From Elstera cyanobacteriorum (lineage in GTDB: Bacteria > Pseudomonadota > Alphaproteobacteria > Elsterales > Elsteraceae), in the NCBI RefSeq assembly GCF_002251735.1, contig NZ_NOXS01000033.1, positions 74,040-98,039 on the forward strand: 24,000 nt of DNA. The letters run 5' to 3'. The translations under genes were made by a program, and so were the position numbers. Of the stretch, positions 8,321 through 16,376 are shown piece after piece. Position 1 is the first letter of the stretch, and each line of letters opens with the position of its first letter. The notes below the pieces were generated by a model that ran no database searches, was not told where the DNA came from, and saw only the letters and a list, made by a program, of their open reading frames with translations.

Positions 8321-8950
8321 TTATGTCCTCGCAAGAGCTACCCAGGCCGCCGCAAAGGCGCGGGCTTTATCGCCAACGGCGCCGGGGGCCATGCCCGGCT
8401 TGAACAGGGCCGATCCCAGGCCGAACCCTTGTGCCCCCGCGTCGATCCACGGGGTCATCGTCTCCGGCGTGACGCCGCCAACGGCAAAGACCGGCACCTC
8501 GGGCGGCAGAACCGCCTTCAGCGCCTTCACATGGGAAGGGGTGGTGGTTTCGGCGGGAAACAGCTTCAGCCCATCGGCCCCGGCGTGCAGGGCGGCGAAA
8601 GCTTCCGTCGCGGTGAAGAAGCCGGGCAGGGCGTATAGCCCCGCCGCTTTGGCAGCAACGATGACCGCGGGGTCGGTATTGGGCGAGACCATCAGTTTGG
8701 CCCCAGTTTCGGCGAGGCGTTCTACATCCCCCACCGTCAACACCGTTCCAGCGCCGATCACGGCCCGGTCGCCGAAGCGCTGGACAAGCCGGGCAATCGA
8801 GGTGAAGGGATCGGGGGAGTTTAGCGGTACTTCGATGGCGCGGAACCCGGCGTCAATCAATGCTGCGCCCGTCGCCTCGGCATCCTCGGGCCTCAGCCCG
8901 CGCAGAATAGCGACCAGCGGCAAATCGGCAATTTGAGACCAGAGGCTCAT
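8321..8950 (-). CDS. dgoA: 2-dehydro-3-deoxy-6-phosphogalactonate (KDPGal) aldolase
   Basis: 209 aa with LPLVAILRGLRPEDA..GFRAIEVPLNSP..IGAGTVL..SPN..PG..T.TE...A...GA..LKLFPA, which is the KDPG/KHG aldolase family in its short DgoA form. A 4-nt ATGA overlap joins it to dgoK, and a 2-nt gap separates it from the dehydratase. Confidence 0.85.
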   Translation of the reverse strand: MSLWSQIADLPLVAILRGLRPEDAEATGAALIDAGFRAIEVPLNSPDPFTSIARLVQRFGDRAVIGAGTVLTVGDVERLAETGAKLMVSPNTDPAVIVAAKAAGLYALPGFFTATEAFAALHAGADGLKLFPAETTTPSHVKALKAVLPPEVPVFAVGGVTPETMTPWIDAGAQGFGLGSALFKPGMAPGAVGDKARAFAAAWVALART

Positions 8951-9891
8951 GCAGGGGTTCCTTCGGGCAGCAGCGCGGCGAAAGCGGCCAGCCCGGCGGC
9001 GGCGGCATCCTCCCCGGCAATCAGGCGGGCGGTGTAACCGCGTTGGGCGAGGGCGAGGCGATAGCGGTCGGCCAGCCCAGCGGTGGCGATCACGGGAATG
9101 TCGCGGTTTCCGCCCTCCGGCAGCGCCGCCGCGATTTCCGCCCCGATCAGGAGACCGGAGAGATAGTCGGGCAAGGCCACGGCGGGCAGCCGGTCGAATA
9201 GTCCGAGCGTGCGGGTGGAAAACAGGCTGCGCAGCAGGGCCGGGTCGGCAAAGGCGTGCGCCACGCCGCGCCGAAAGCCTTCGGCGGCCAGATCGGCGGG
9301 GGCCGTCTCAAAACTGCCATCCGCCGCGCGCGGAAATCCGCGCCCGAGCAGCGAATGGTCACGCAACACGGCAAAGAGTTCACCCGTCATAAAGGTGGCA
9401 AACGCGCGAATCGCGCCGCCCGCGACCGTTACCCATTTGCTATGGGTGCCCGGGGTGCAGACGGTGCCATCGGCAAGGCCTGCCAGGGCGAGGGCGCCGA
9501 TGATCTGGGTTTCCTCGCCGCGCATCACATCCGGCACATCGCCGCGCTGGCAAGACACGCCCGGCAGGAACACCGCTTGCCGCCCGTCGCTCAGGGAATG
9601 GCGAACCGCTTTGGCCAGCAGCGCCGCCGCATCGGCAGGCGCTTCGGCATAGGGGACTTCGATCCAGCCTTGGCGGCTGCCGACCATGCCGGAGAGCAGC
9701 AGCGGCGCTGTCGGATCGGCGGCCAGCCAATCGCCGGCAGTTTCGCGCAGAACCGCTTCGAACCCGCCCGGTGGTACGGCAAGAATGCCCTTGGGCGCCG
9801 CGCGCTGGGCTAAAATCACGCCATCCCGCGCCAGCCGGAAGGCGCGCAGACTGCTGGTGCCCCAATCGAGGGCAATGATGGTACCGCTCAC
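8947..9891 (-). CDS. dgoK: 2-dehydro-3-deoxygalactonokinase
   Basis: IALDWGTSSLRAF...MVGSRQGW.EVPY...PGV.......DVMRGEETQI.G...........CTPGTHSKW are hallmarks of the DGOK family. The start is ambiguous. GTG at 9897 abuts the GGAGGA RBS directly, while GTG at 9891 has a 6-nt spacing and is preferred. Confidence 0.85.
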   Translation of the reverse strand: MSGTIIALDWGTSSLRAFRLARDGVILAQRAAPKGILAVPPGGFEAVLRETAGDWLAADPTAPLLLSGMVGSRQGWIEVPYAEAPADAAALLAKAVRHSLSDGRQAVFLPGVSCQRGDVPDVMRGEETQIIGALALAGLADGTVCTPGTHSKWVTVAGGAIRAFATFMTGELFAVLRDHSLLGRGFPRAADGSFETAPADLAAEGFRRGVAHAFADPALLRSLFSTRTLGLFDRLPAVALPDYLSGLLIGAEIAAALPEGGNRDIPVIATAGLADRYRLALAQRGYTARLIAGEDAAAAGLAAFAALLPEGTPA

Positions 9892-9954
9892 GATCACTCC
9901 TCCACCGCCGAACGCTCTTACGGCGCCTCAGCGTGGTTCTAAGGTAGCAGATTA

Positions 9955-9991
9955 TTGTATGATAAATAGAGGGAAGATAATTATCACACAA
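9955..9991. promoter_or_regulatory. Candidate GntR/FadR-type operator: inverted repeat TTGTATGATAA-N15-TTATCACACAA in the divergent dgoK/regulator intergenic region
   Basis: The arms at 9955-9965 and 9981-9991 match in 10 of 11 positions as an inverted repeat. Each arm approximates the FadR-subfamily pattern TnGTnnnAcnA. A perfect palindrome GATAATTATC lies at 9976-9985. The arms overlap -10-like hexamers on the minus strand (TACAAT, TGtGATAAT). This is the only AT-rich patch in the intergenic region. Confidence 0.4.
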
Positions 9992-10108
9992 ATTAATCTT
10001 TTTGCCGTTTTCGGGTCTGACCCCTCTTGTCATTGCGCGACCGGAATGTAAGGGTTGCGCCAAAAGCGGGGCAGCCGTCGCCATCCCGCCAGAGAGGAAC
10101 GCAGTCAC

Positions 10109-10831
10109 ATGGCCGATCGGGGCAAACGCACTTATTCGCGGCGCAGCCTGCACGGAAAAGTCGCGCATATGCTGGGCACTCGGATTTTGAGCGGGGGCTA
10201 TGCCCCGGGCGCCCTGCTTCCGAACGAAGAAACCCTGTCCGCCGAACTGGGCGTCAGCCGCACGGCCTTGCGCGAAGCGATCAAGGTGCTGGCGTCGAAA
10301 GGGCTGATCGAAAGCCGCCCGAAGATCGGCACGCGGGTGCGCCCGGCAAAAGTGTGGAACCTGCTGGACCCGGATATTCTCGCCTGGTCGCTCGCCACCC
10401 GTCCGGCGCTGGAGTTTGTCGGCAAGTTCCTTGAACTGCGCGAGATGGTGGAGCCCGGCGCGGCGGCGCTGGCGGCCCGCAACCATACGCCCGATCAGGC
10501 GAAAGCCATGCAAGAAGCCTTCGATGCAATGGCCGCCGCCCCGGATATCGACGCTTGGAACGCTGCCGACGTGCGGTTCCATCAGGCGCTAATGGCGGCG
10601 ACGGGCAATGAGTTCGTCGCCTCGCTCGGCGGTTTGATCGATCTCGCCCTAACCGCCAGTTTCGATTTTACCGCGAAACGGGCAGTCGCGCCCCGGCGCG
10701 GTCTGCCGTTCCACGGGCAGGTGCTGGCCCGCATTCTGGCCCGTGACGCCGAGGGCGCCCGCGATGCGGCGCTGGCCTTGCTGCACGATGCCCGCGCCAC
10801 GGTGGCGGAAATCTCGGCGGTTGCGCCCTGA
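10109..10831 (+). CDS. GntR-family (FadR subfamily, FCD C-terminal domain) transcriptional regulator, DgoR-like by context
   Basis: N-terminal wHTH L.SE..LS.ELGVSRTALREAIKVLASKGLIESRPKIGTRV, followed by an FCD-like helical domain (LELREMVEPGAAALAARN......FH.AL..ATGN). I place the start at ATG 10109 with RBS AGAGAGGAA. It is divergent from the dgoK operon. Confidence 0.85.
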   Translation: MADRGKRTYSRRSLHGKVAHMLGTRILSGGYAPGALLPNEETLSAELGVSRTALREAIKVLASKGLIESRPKIGTRVRPAKVWNLLDPDILAWSLATRPALEFVGKFLELREMVEPGAAALAARNHTPDQAKAMQEAFDAMAAAPDIDAWNAADVRFHQALMAATGNEFVASLGGLIDLALTASFDFTAKRAVAPRRGLPFHGQVLARILARDAEGARDAALALLHDARATVAEISAVAP

Positions 10832-10962
10832 CGGCCCAGGGGATCGGCGAAAATCTCTCTTTCCGCCTGGCGCACTTCATGCCGCCCGCGAATAGGTTAA
10901 TACCGACCGCGTGACGCCGACGCCCTAGCCAAAGCCCCCGAACCGCCCTAATCTTGCTGCCC

Positions 10963-11160
10963 ATGAGCACGATCTTCCTCGTTCTGCTAGGCGCGGCGAT
11001 GCTGGCGGTCCTGGCGACCCTTTTCATGGGCCTGTTCGCGATGGCACGCGGCGGCACGGGCACCGGCGCCAAGCAAAATAAGCTGATGCAAATGCGCGTC
11101 GGCTTTCAGGCCTTGGCCCTGGTTTTGTTCGTGTTGGCCCTGATCTCCAGTCAGGCCTGA
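10963..11160 (+). CDS. Twin-transmembrane-helix small protein (HIG1/hypoxia-induced-protein-domain family)
   Basis: 65 aa with two hydrophobic helices flanking a ..G....KQNKLMQMRVGFQALA.. motif typical of alphaproteobacterial HIG1-domain proteins. The start is uncertain: ATG 10963 or TTG 10954, and neither has a clear RBS. Confidence 0.65.
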   Translation: MSTIFLVLLGAAMLAVLATLFMGLFAMARGGTGTGAKQNKLMQMRVGFQALALVLFVLALISSQA

Positions 11161-11163
11161 CCG

Positions 11164-11727
11164 ATGGTCCGTTTGACCAAGATTTACACGCGCGGTGGCG
11201 ATAAAGGCGAAACCTCGCTGTCCGACGGTACGCGCGTTGCGAAAGACGATCTGCGCGTCGAAACCTATGGCACGGTGGACGAATGTTCCTCCGCCCTCGG
11301 TATTGCGCGCTTGCATGCCGACCCCGCTTTGGAAGCGGTCCTGGCCCGCATTCAGAACGATCTCTTCGACCTGGGGGCCGATTTGGCCTGCCCGGTCGAT
11401 CAACCCTGGACGCTGCGCGTGACCCAAGCCCAGGTCGATTGGCTGGAAGCGACGCTAGACGGGATGAACGATCACCTAAAGCCGCTCGATAGTTTCATTC
11501 TGCCCGGCGGCACCCCCTGCGCCGCATACTTGCATCTGGCGCGCACCATCGCCCGCCGGGCTGAACGGCAGTGCGTGACGCTGATGCGGGATGACGCCAA
11601 CGTCAATTCCGCTGTGCTGCGCTACCTCAATCGTCTGTCCGATCTCCTGTTCGTTGCCGCGCGCTGGGTGAACGATAAGGGCACGGCGGATATTCTCTGG
11701 GTGCCCGGTCAGAACCGGGCGGGGTAA
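11164..11727 (+). CDS. PduO-type ATP:cob(I)alamin adenosyltransferase
   Basis: KIYTRGGDKGETSL..G.RV.KDD.RVE.YGTVDE..S.LG.AR.......L..IQNDLFDLGADLA...........L.SFILPGG...AA.LHLARTI.RRAER matches the Cob_adeno_trans (MMAB/PduO) family. The start lies 3 nt after the HIG1 stop. Confidence 0.9.
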   Translation: MVRLTKIYTRGGDKGETSLSDGTRVAKDDLRVETYGTVDECSSALGIARLHADPALEAVLARIQNDLFDLGADLACPVDQPWTLRVTQAQVDWLEATLDGMNDHLKPLDSFILPGGTPCAAYLHLARTIARRAERQCVTLMRDDANVNSAVLRYLNRLSDLLFVAARWVNDKGTADILWVPGQNRAG

Positions 11728-11746
11728 CCCGATTATTCCAGTGTAT

Positions 11747-11788
11747 CTGACGTATTGGGAAGTTACGTAACGAATACGTCAACGTCAG
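11747..11788. promoter_or_regulatory. Nested ACGT-core palindromes upstream of etfB (candidate operator)
   Basis: The sequence is CTGACGTATT-gggaag-TTACGTAA-cg-AATACGTCA-ACGTCAG. TGACGTATT (11748-11756) is the exact reverse complement of AATACGTCA (11773-11781). A central perfect palindrome TTACGTAA lies at 11763-11770. ACGTCA is tandem at 11776-11787. A -35-like TTGACT follows immediately at 11791-11796. Confidence 0.35.
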
Positions 11789-11866
11789 TCTTGACTTGTC
11801 TTGGTTCGCGCCGCACAACAGGGGTCCGAACCAGAAAAACGACTATGGGCGGAGGAAGTCGCACTC

Positions 11867-12616
11867 ATGAAGCTACTCGTCGCGGTGAAGCGCGTGATTG
11901 ACTATAACGTCAAGGTTCGGGTGAAGGCCGACCAGACGGGCGTTGATCTCGCCAATGTCAAAATGTCGATGAACCCGTTCGATGAAATCGCCGTCGAAGA
12001 AGCGGTTCGCCTGAAGGAAGCCGGGATTGCGACCGAGGTGGTCGTCGTCAGCATCGGCCCAACTCAAGCCCAGGAAACCCTGCGCACCGCCCTCGCGATG
12101 GGCGCCGATCGCGGCATTCTGGTCCAAACCGATGCCGAAGTGCAGCCGCTTGCCGTCGCCAAACTGCTGAAAGCGGTGGCGGAGAAGGAAGGCCCCGGTC
12201 TGATCATTCTCGGCAAGCAGGCCATCGACGACGATAGCAACCAAACCGGCCAGATGCTGGCGGCGTTGCTGGATTGGCCGCAGGCCACCTTCGCCTCGAA
12301 GGTCGCGGTCGCCGACGGCAAAGCCACCGTCACCCGTGAAATCGATGGCGGTTTGGAAACCCTGGCGCTGACGCTGCCGGCGATCATCACGACCGACCTA
12401 CGCCTCAACGAGCCGCGCTATGCGTCGCTGCCAAATATCATGAAGGCGAAGAAGAAGCCGCTCGATACCGTCGATCCGGCGGCGCTCGGCGTTGATATCG
12501 CCCCGCGCCTCGCCACTCTGAAAGTGACCGAGCCGCCGAAGCGCCAGGGCGGCGTGAAGGTCGCGTCCGTTGCCGATCTGGTGGCGAAGCTGCGCACTGA
12601 AGCGAAGGTGATCTGA
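11867..12616 (+). CDS. etfB: Electron transfer flavoprotein beta subunit
   Basis: [23 protein letters not shown]....[21 protein letters not shown] is a canonical EtfB N-terminus. RBS GGAGGAAG lies 8 nt upstream of ATG 11867. The ORF-track start at 11801 adds a non-conserved extension. Confidence 0.95.
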   Translation: MKLLVAVKRVIDYNVKVRVKADQTGVDLANVKMSMNPFDEIAVEEAVRLKEAGIATEVVVVSIGPTQAQETLRTALAMGADRGILVQTDAEVQPLAVAKLLKAVAEKEGPGLIILGKQAIDDDSNQTGQMLAALLDWPQATFASKVAVADGKATVTREIDGGLETLALTLPAIITTDLRLNEPRYASLPNIMKAKKKPLDTVDPAALGVDIAPRLATLKVTEPPKRQGGVKVASVADLVAKLRTEAKVI

Positions 12617-12618
12617 TT

Positions 12619-13548
12619 ATGGCCGTTCTCGTTATCGCCGAAGTGGATGCGGGCGCGCTGAAGCCTGCCACCCTGAATGCCGTTACCGCCGCTGCGAAGC
12701 TGGGGGAGGTTCATGTCCTCGTTGCCGGGTCGGGCGCCGCTGGCGCCGCCGATGCCGCGAAGGGCATTGCGGGCGTTGCCAAGGTTCTGCACGCCGACAG
12801 CGCCGAGTATGCCAACGGCCTTGCCGAAGCGCTGACCCCGCTTGTGGTTTCGGTCGCCAAGTCCTATGCCGCTGTGGTCGCCACGGCCACCACTTTCGGC
12901 AAGAACCTGCTGCCGCGCGTTGCGGCGCTGCTCGATGTGCAACAGATTTCCGAAGTCACCGCGATTGAAAGCGCTGATACCTTCGTGCGCCCGATCTATG
13001 CCGGGAACGCGCTCGCCACGGTGAAATCCGCCGATGCGATCAAGGTTTTGACCGTACGCGGTACCGCCTTCGATGCGGCCCCCGCCACGGGCGGCTCGGC
13101 AGCGGTCGAAAGCGTCGCGGCGGTCGCCGGGTCGGGCAAGTCGGCCTTTATTGGTCAGGAACTTTCCAAGTCCGAACGGCCGGAACTCACCTCCGCCCGC
13201 ATCGTCATTTCCGGCGGGCGCGGGATGCAGAATGGCGAAAACTTCGCCCTGTTGGAAGCCGTGGCCGATAAGCTGGGCGCCGCCGTTGGCGCGTCGCGCG
13301 CGGCGGTCGATGCCGGGTTCGTGCCGAACGATTATCAGGTCGGCCAGACCGGCAAGATCGTGGCGCCGGACCTTTATATCGCCGTCGGGATTTCGGGCGC
13401 GATCCAGCATCTCGCCGGGATGAAGGACAGCAAGGTCATCGTTGCCATCAATAAGGACGAAGAGGCACCGATCTTCCAGGTCGCCGACTATGGCTTGGTC
13501 GCCGACCTGTTTAAGGCGGTGCCGGAATTGAAAGAGGCGCTAGACTAA
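12619..13548 (+). CDS. etfA: Electron transfer flavoprotein alpha subunit
   Basis: Canonical EtfA FAD-binding C-terminus: [17 protein letters not shown].....[73 protein letters not shown]. The start lies 2 nt after the etfB stop. Confidence 0.95.
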   Translation: MAVLVIAEVDAGALKPATLNAVTAAAKLGEVHVLVAGSGAAGAADAAKGIAGVAKVLHADSAEYANGLAEALTPLVVSVAKSYAAVVATATTFGKNLLPRVAALLDVQQISEVTAIESADTFVRPIYAGNALATVKSADAIKVLTVRGTAFDAAPATGGSAAVESVAAVAGSGKSAFIGQELSKSERPELTSARIVISGGRGMQNGENFALLEAVADKLGAAVGASRAAVDAGFVPNDYQVGQTGKIVAPDLYIAVGISGAIQHLAGMKDSKVIVAINKDEEAPIFQVADYGLVADLFKAVPELKEALD

Positions 13549-13571
13549 GCGCTAAAAGCCTAGGTAAGCTG

Positions 13572-13606
13572 CCAGCCCTTCGCACCCGCGAAGGGCTGGT
13601 TTGTTA
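13572..13606 (+). terminator. Rho-independent terminator after etfA
   Basis: CCAGCCCTTCGC-accc-GCGAAGGGCTGG forms a 12-bp perfect stem (13572-13599) followed by TTTGTT. Confidence 0.8.
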
Positions 13607-13627
13607 GAACGCTCGGGGGACTTCCAT

Positions 13628-14497
13628 ATGCACACCATCGGGATCATCGGCGCGGGTCAAATGGGCACCGGCATTGCCCAGGTCTTCGCGGCGGCCGGAT
13701 ACCCCGTGCATCTGCTGGATGTTACCGCCGACCGCTTGACGGCGGGCGTCGCGACGGTCAGCAAGAACCTCGACCGTCAGATCGCCAAGGGCAAGCTGAC
13801 GGAGGCGGAGAAGGTTGCGACGCTCGGTCGCATCACCACCGGCACCGACTATGCCGGGTTCGGCGCCTCCGATCTCGTGATTGAAGCTGCGACCGAAAAT
13901 GAAGCGCTGAAGCGCGAGATTTTCAAGACGCTGGTGCCGCACCTGAAGCCCGAGGCGCTGGTGGCGTCCAACACCTCGTCGATTTCCATCACCCGGCTTG
14001 CGGCGGCCACTGACCGGCCCGGCAAGTTCATCGGCATGCATTTTATGAACCCGGTGCCGGTGATGCAGTTGGTGGAACTGATCCGCGGCATCGCGACCGA
14101 TGAAGACACGTTCGCGACCGTGCGCACCTTGGCGGAATCCCTGGGGAAGACGGTTGCCGTGTCGGAAGATTTCCCGGCCTTCATCGTCAATCGCATTCTG
14201 CTGCCGATGATCAACGAGGCGATCTATACGCTGTACGAAGGCGTCGGTTCCGTGGTGGCCATCGATACCGCGATGAAGCTGGGGGCCAATCACCCGATGG
14301 GGCCGCTGGAACTGGCGGATTTCATCGGTCTCGATACCTGCTTGGCGATCATGCAAGTGCTGCACGACGGTCTGTCGGACACCAAATACCGCCCCTGCCC
14401 GCTGCTGGTGAAATATGTCGAAGCCGGGTGGCTGGGCCGCAAAGCCGGGCGCGGCTTCTACGATTATCGCGGCGATAAACCGGTGCCGACGCGGTAA
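13628..14497 (+). CDS. hbd: 3-hydroxybutyryl-CoA / 3-hydroxyacyl-CoA dehydrogenase (NAD-binding)
   Basis: Rossmann motif IGIIGAGQMGTGIAQ, then VIEAATENEALKREIF, SNTSSISIT, GMHFMNPVPVMQLVELIRG, PAFIVNRILLPMINEA and HPMGPLELADFIGLD. I place the start at ATG 13628 with RBS GGGGGA upstream. Confidence 0.9.
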   Translation: MHTIGIIGAGQMGTGIAQVFAAAGYPVHLLDVTADRLTAGVATVSKNLDRQIAKGKLTEAEKVATLGRITTGTDYAGFGASDLVIEAATENEALKREIFKTLVPHLKPEALVASNTSSISITRLAAATDRPGKFIGMHFMNPVPVMQLVELIRGIATDEDTFATVRTLAESLGKTVAVSEDFPAFIVNRILLPMINEAIYTLYEGVGSVVAIDTAMKLGANHPMGPLELADFIGLDTCLAIMQVLHDGLSDTKYRPCPLLVKYVEAGWLGRKAGRGFYDYRGDKPVPTR

Positions 14498-14504
14498 CAG
14501 CCCG

Positions 14505-14894
14505 TCAGTTCTGCTGCAACCTCGGCACCGGGATTGCAGTGGCTTCGATCTCCGCTTCAAGATTGGCCGTGAATTCCGCGAACATTTCCGGGTCGGCGTC
14601 GGCTTCCCGTTGGTATTGCGCCGCCACGTTGCGGTTGAGCTGGTGCATGATGTCGTCCATGCCGGTAAAATCGGGAAAGCCGCCGCGCAAGGAAAATTCC
14701 GCTTCCAACTGCACGATTAATTCCAACACTGGCCGATAGCTTGGGTCATCCGCCAGGGCGGTAAAACAGTCGCGCCACTGGTTTTGTAAATCTTCGGGCG
14801 ATAGGGCCGCGAAGCTGCGCCCGGCCTTCAGATAGGCTTCAGTCAGCGCCAACCGTTGTTGGGCGAAAAAAGTGGCGAGCGCGGCTTCATCCAT
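14505..14894 (-). CDS. Hypothetical small acidic helical protein (129 aa), translationally coupled to rmuC
   Basis: ATG at 14894 sits inside the sequence ATGGATGA, which contains the rmuC stop, giving an 8-nt overlap. The protein-like, helix-prone sequence is MDEAALATFFAQQRLALTEAYLKAG..DLQNQWRDCFTAL..LELIVQLEAEF..EMFAEFTANLEAEIE. I recognise no family. The ORF-track N-terminal extension to 15203 overlaps rmuC out of frame and is Arg/Pro/Ser-rich. Confidence 0.55.
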   Translation of the reverse strand: MDEAALATFFAQQRLALTEAYLKAGRSFAALSPEDLQNQWRDCFTALADDPSYRPVLELIVQLEAEFSLRGGFPDFTGMDDIMHQLNRNVAAQYQREADADPEMFAEFTANLEAEIEATAIPVPRLQQN

Positions 14895-16263
14895 TGGAAA
14901 ATAATCCCGGTCCCGGCAGGGACGCGACAGAGGCACTGCGGCGCAGCGCGGTTTCGACGGGCGGCGGCGGCTCCAGCGCGTCCCCCAGCCCGGCGGTATC
15001 GAAGTCGGCGAGCTTGCGGGCCTGCACCAGCACGCGGCTGTCGAAGGCGCCAACGGCACTATTGTAGGCTCCGGCGGCGGTCTCCAAGCCCTTGCCGATC
15101 TTGGCGAGATGATCGCTGAACGTCGAAAGTCGCTTATGCATCTCCCGTCCCAGCCCGGCGATTTCGCGGGCATTTTGGGCCAAGCGCTCCTGCCGCCAGC
15201 CATAGGCGACCGCGCGCAAGAGCGAAATCAGCGTCGTCGGCGTCGCCAGGATCACGCTTTGCTCCACCCCCGCTTCGATCAAGCCCGGATCATGCTCCAG
15301 CGCGGCCGCGAAGAAATGTTCGCCGGGCAGGAACAGCACGACGAATTCCGGCGTATCGCCCTTGAACTGCTCCCAATAGGTTTTTTCGGAAAGCGCCTTG
15401 ATATGGGTGCGGATCTGGCGGGCGTGATGGGCTAGATGGGCGCGGCGGGCATCGTCATCGGGCGCTTCGACGGCGGCCAGATAGGCTTCCAGCGGCGCTT
15501 TGGCATCGACGATGACGCTCTTGCCGCCCGGCAGGCGCACGACCAGATCGGGGCGCAGGCGCTTATCTTCCGGCGTCTGCACTTGTTCCTGGAAGTCGCA
15601 GTGATCGACCATCCCGGCGAGTTCCACGACGCGCTTTAGCTGGATTTCCCCCCAGCGCCCGCGCACGGTCGGCGCGCGCAGGGCGCGGGTGAGATTGCCG
15701 GTTTCGGACTTCAATTCCTGGTAAAGCTGGCGCATCAGCGCCGTCTGTTCCCGCAGACCGTGATAGGCGCCCTCGCGGGTCTTTTCGATTTCGCGCAGGT
15801 TCACGTCGAGCTTGTTGAGATGCTCCACCACAGGCGTAAGCTGCGCCGCCATGGCTTGACTACGCTGATCAAGGTCGCTTTTGGCGGCTTGGTGCAGCTT
15901 GCCGAAATTCTCCTCGGCCAATTGCAGGAAGCTGGCGTTGGATTTTTCCAATGCCTCTGTCGATAGCGCCCGGAACTGGTCCGATAGCGCCCGCCGCGCA
16001 TCGTCGAGCAGCGCGAGGTTTTCCTCCGTCCGGTGCTTCTCGGTATCCAGCAGCACGCGCAATTCGGCATTTTCGGCACGCAGGTCCAGGATGGAGGTGC
16101 TGGCGTCGGCAAGATCGGTTTCCAGCCGGGTCAGCCGCTCCGTCCGTTCGGTCAATTGCGCGGCCAGCACGGCTTGACGGCTGCGGGCGATCAGCCAGCC
16201 GAGCGCTGCCCCCAAAAACAGGGCGAGCAGCGCCGCCGCAATGATACTGCCGTTCCCGTCCAT
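14887..16263 (-). CDS. rmuC: DNA recombination protein RmuC
   Basis: N-terminal TM helix, a long coiled-coil, then the conserved RmuC nuclease-like core (RGRWGEIQLKRVVELAGM..HCDF.EQ......RLRPDLVV.LPGGK..VVDAK.PL.AY......FVVLFLP.E..F.AAL..DP.L...). Start candidates are ATG 16263 (RBS AAGGGA, preferred), 16278 and 16296. Confidence 0.9.
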   Translation of the reverse strand: MDGNGSIIAAALLALFLGAALGWLIARSRQAVLAAQLTERTERLTRLETDLADASTSILDLRAENAELRVLLDTEKHRTEENLALLDDARRALSDQFRALSTEALEKSNASFLQLAEENFGKLHQAAKSDLDQRSQAMAAQLTPVVEHLNKLDVNLREIEKTREGAYHGLREQTALMRQLYQELKSETGNLTRALRAPTVRGRWGEIQLKRVVELAGMVDHCDFQEQVQTPEDKRLRPDLVVRLPGGKSVIVDAKAPLEAYLAAVEAPDDDARRAHLAHHARQIRTHIKALSEKTYWEQFKGDTPEFVVLFLPGEHFFAAALEHDPGLIEAGVEQSVILATPTTLISLLRAVAYGWRQERLAQNAREIAGLGREMHKRLSTFSDHLAKIGKGLETAAGAYNSAVGAFDSRVLVQARKLADFDTAGLGDALEPPPPVETALRRSASVASLPGPGLFSNG

Positions 16264-16376
16264 CCAACGTCCCTTCATAGACAGAAGCGGCTGCATCTGG
16301 GATAAGTCGCCTCTCTAAGTGGCCGCGAGAGTAGCCCCTTTGTTCCTATCCTGCTAGTGTCTGGTGAGCCGCTGTT

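Noticed and set aside
9440-10582. 380-aa ORF on the - strand spanning the dgoK 5' end, the divergent intergenic region and the GntR gene
   Set aside because: It crosses an AT-rich promoter/operator region and overlaps two well-supported genes out of frame or antisense. The sequence is Arg-rich and non-protein-like.
12418-14560. Two long - strand ORFs (12418-13410, 330 aa; 13604-14560, 318 aa)
   Set aside because: They are antisense to etfA and hbd respectively. Their composition is Gly/Arg/Asp-rich with no motifs. These are high-GC antisense artefacts.
14895-15203. Upstream extension of the small ORF downstream of rmuC (232-aa version)
   Set aside because: The extension overlaps about 300 nt of the conserved rmuC C-terminal coding region in another frame and is Pro/Arg/Ser-rich. 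The ATG at 14894, in the ATGGATGA coupling context, is the plausible start.
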